From IMG/VR virus record IMGVR_UViG_3300045988_005865: a stretch of DNA of 5,743 nucleotides; one strand, 5' to 3'. This DNA is from a virus. The stretch's first letter is position 1. Every line of letters starts with the position of its first letter. Both the position numbers and the translations under genes were made by a program. Under the pieces are notes generated by a model. It had not been told where the DNA came from. It saw only the letters and a program-made list of their open reading frames with translations, and ran no database searches. This document shows positions 5,416 through 5,743 of the stretch, piece after piece.

Positions 5416-5589
5416 GTGGAAAAGTTGAAAAGTACTAAAATTTAACGCTAAAGCGTAAATAAAAAGCAAAAAATACTGTTGAAAGTTTTGTTGAAAACTT
5501 GTTGAAATGTTGAAAGTCCGTCAAAATGACGAAAACCTTTGTGCAACATTTTGTGGAAAACCTGTTGAAAGTGTTGAAAGTGTTGAAAA
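5416..5589 (+). repeat. Iteron-like array of ten same-orientation copies of (T/A)GT(T/G)GAAA
   Basis: TGTTGAAA is at 5477, 5489, 5500, 5508, 5563, 5572 and 5581 (start positions). AGTTGAAA is at 5423, TGTGGAAA at 5552 and AGTGGAAA at 5416. The last three TGTTGAAA units form a perfect 9-nt tandem (TGTTGAAAG TGTTGAAAG TGTTGAAAA, 5563-5589). GAAAACCT also occurs twice (5531-5538 and 5556-5563). Confidence 0.85.
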
Positions 5590-5658
5590 CGCGCACAGCG
5601 CTTACAATGAATGGATCAGCCGAGCTCCGCATGCGCTACGCACGGCAAGGCGCTAAAG

Positions 5659-5743
5659 CGCTTTCAAAACAAAGGAGCAAAACCGAGTTACTAATATATC
5701 AATTAAAATTCTAGAAAAGCTTGACTTTTTTCAAAAAAAAAAG
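5659..5743. repeat. Terminal redundancy, right copy, identical to 1-85
   Basis: Exact 85-nt match to the window start. See the feature at 1-85. Confidence 0.9.

Noticed and set aside
5378-5496. Possible Xer/dif-like recombination site. Examples are GCGCTATAATATTAAC at 5374-5389 versus the E. coli dif GCGCATAATGTATATTATGTTAAAT core, and TTTTGTTGAAA at 5486-5496 versus the right arm of streptococcal difSL as I recall it.
   Set aside because: Only partial half-site resemblance is present, and I could not align a full 28-31 nt dif site by eye. A scan with host-specific dif models would be worthwhile, but the sequence does not support the claim as it stands.
5477-5589. Possibility that the GTTGAAA repeats are a small CRISPR array or CRISPR-repeat mimic.
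   Set aside because: The repeat units are only 8-9 nt. Spacings are 8-12 nt and irregular. There are no 25-40 nt repeats or uniform spacers.
5435-5632. A minus-strand 65-aa ORF spanning both iteron clusters (FNTFNTFNRFSTK...).
   Set aside because: Its repetitive sequence is the translation of the DNA repeats. It is on the wrong strand for a microvirus and has no SD.
5526-5714. A + strand 62-aa ORF (MTKTFVQHFVENLLKVLKVLKTR...) crossing the circular junction and ending just before the candidate promoter.
   Set aside because: It is in the right orientation and would shorten the non-coding region, so it is not excluded. However, only a weak GAAAG lies upstream. Its ATG sits inside a small hairpin (CGTCA/TGACG, 5519-5531). 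Its VLKVLK segment is simply the 9-nt tandem iteron read in frame, and I recognise no family. I treat it as probably spurious pending conservation data.

Overview
This window is a complete circular ssDNA phage genome of the family Microviridae, gokushovirus-like in gene content. The first 85 nt (1-85) are repeated exactly at 5659-5743. That is the signature of a circular contig linearised with terminal redundancy, so the unit genome is 5658 nt. All convincing genes lie on the + strand, and most have strong Shine-Dalgarno sites and short overlapping junctions. In order they are: an M15-type zinc peptidoglycan peptidase (accessory, probably lysis), two small unknown ORFs (40 and 75 aa), and a 40-aa arginine/lysine-rich DNA-binding protein that is too short for the supplied ORF track. 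These are followed by a VP5-like small protein, internal scaffold VP3, major capsid VP1 (561 aa), DNA pilot VP2 (278 aa) and the HUH rolling-circle replication initiator VP4 (339 aa). Hairpin plus T-run terminators follow VP1 and VP4. The unusual part is a long region, about 585 nt once circularised (5221-5658 plus 1-147), with no convincing gene. It holds three structures. First, a stem-loop whose loop sequence recurs 60 nt downstream at the end of three tandem 8-9 nt repeats. Second, a roughly 50-nt almost pure C/G, purine-pyrimidine alternating imperfect palindrome bracketed by TATAAT. Third, ten same-orientation copies of (T/A)GT(T/G)GAAA that resemble degenerate DnaA boxes, next to an A/T-rich tract. 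I read this region as the replication and regulatory control region. No function can be proven from sequence alone. No tRNA, rRNA, CRISPR array or transposase is visible. The strong SD usage and GTG/TTG starts suggest a host that uses SD-dependent initiation, for example Firmicutes-like rather than Bacteroidetes. That host assignment is inference only.
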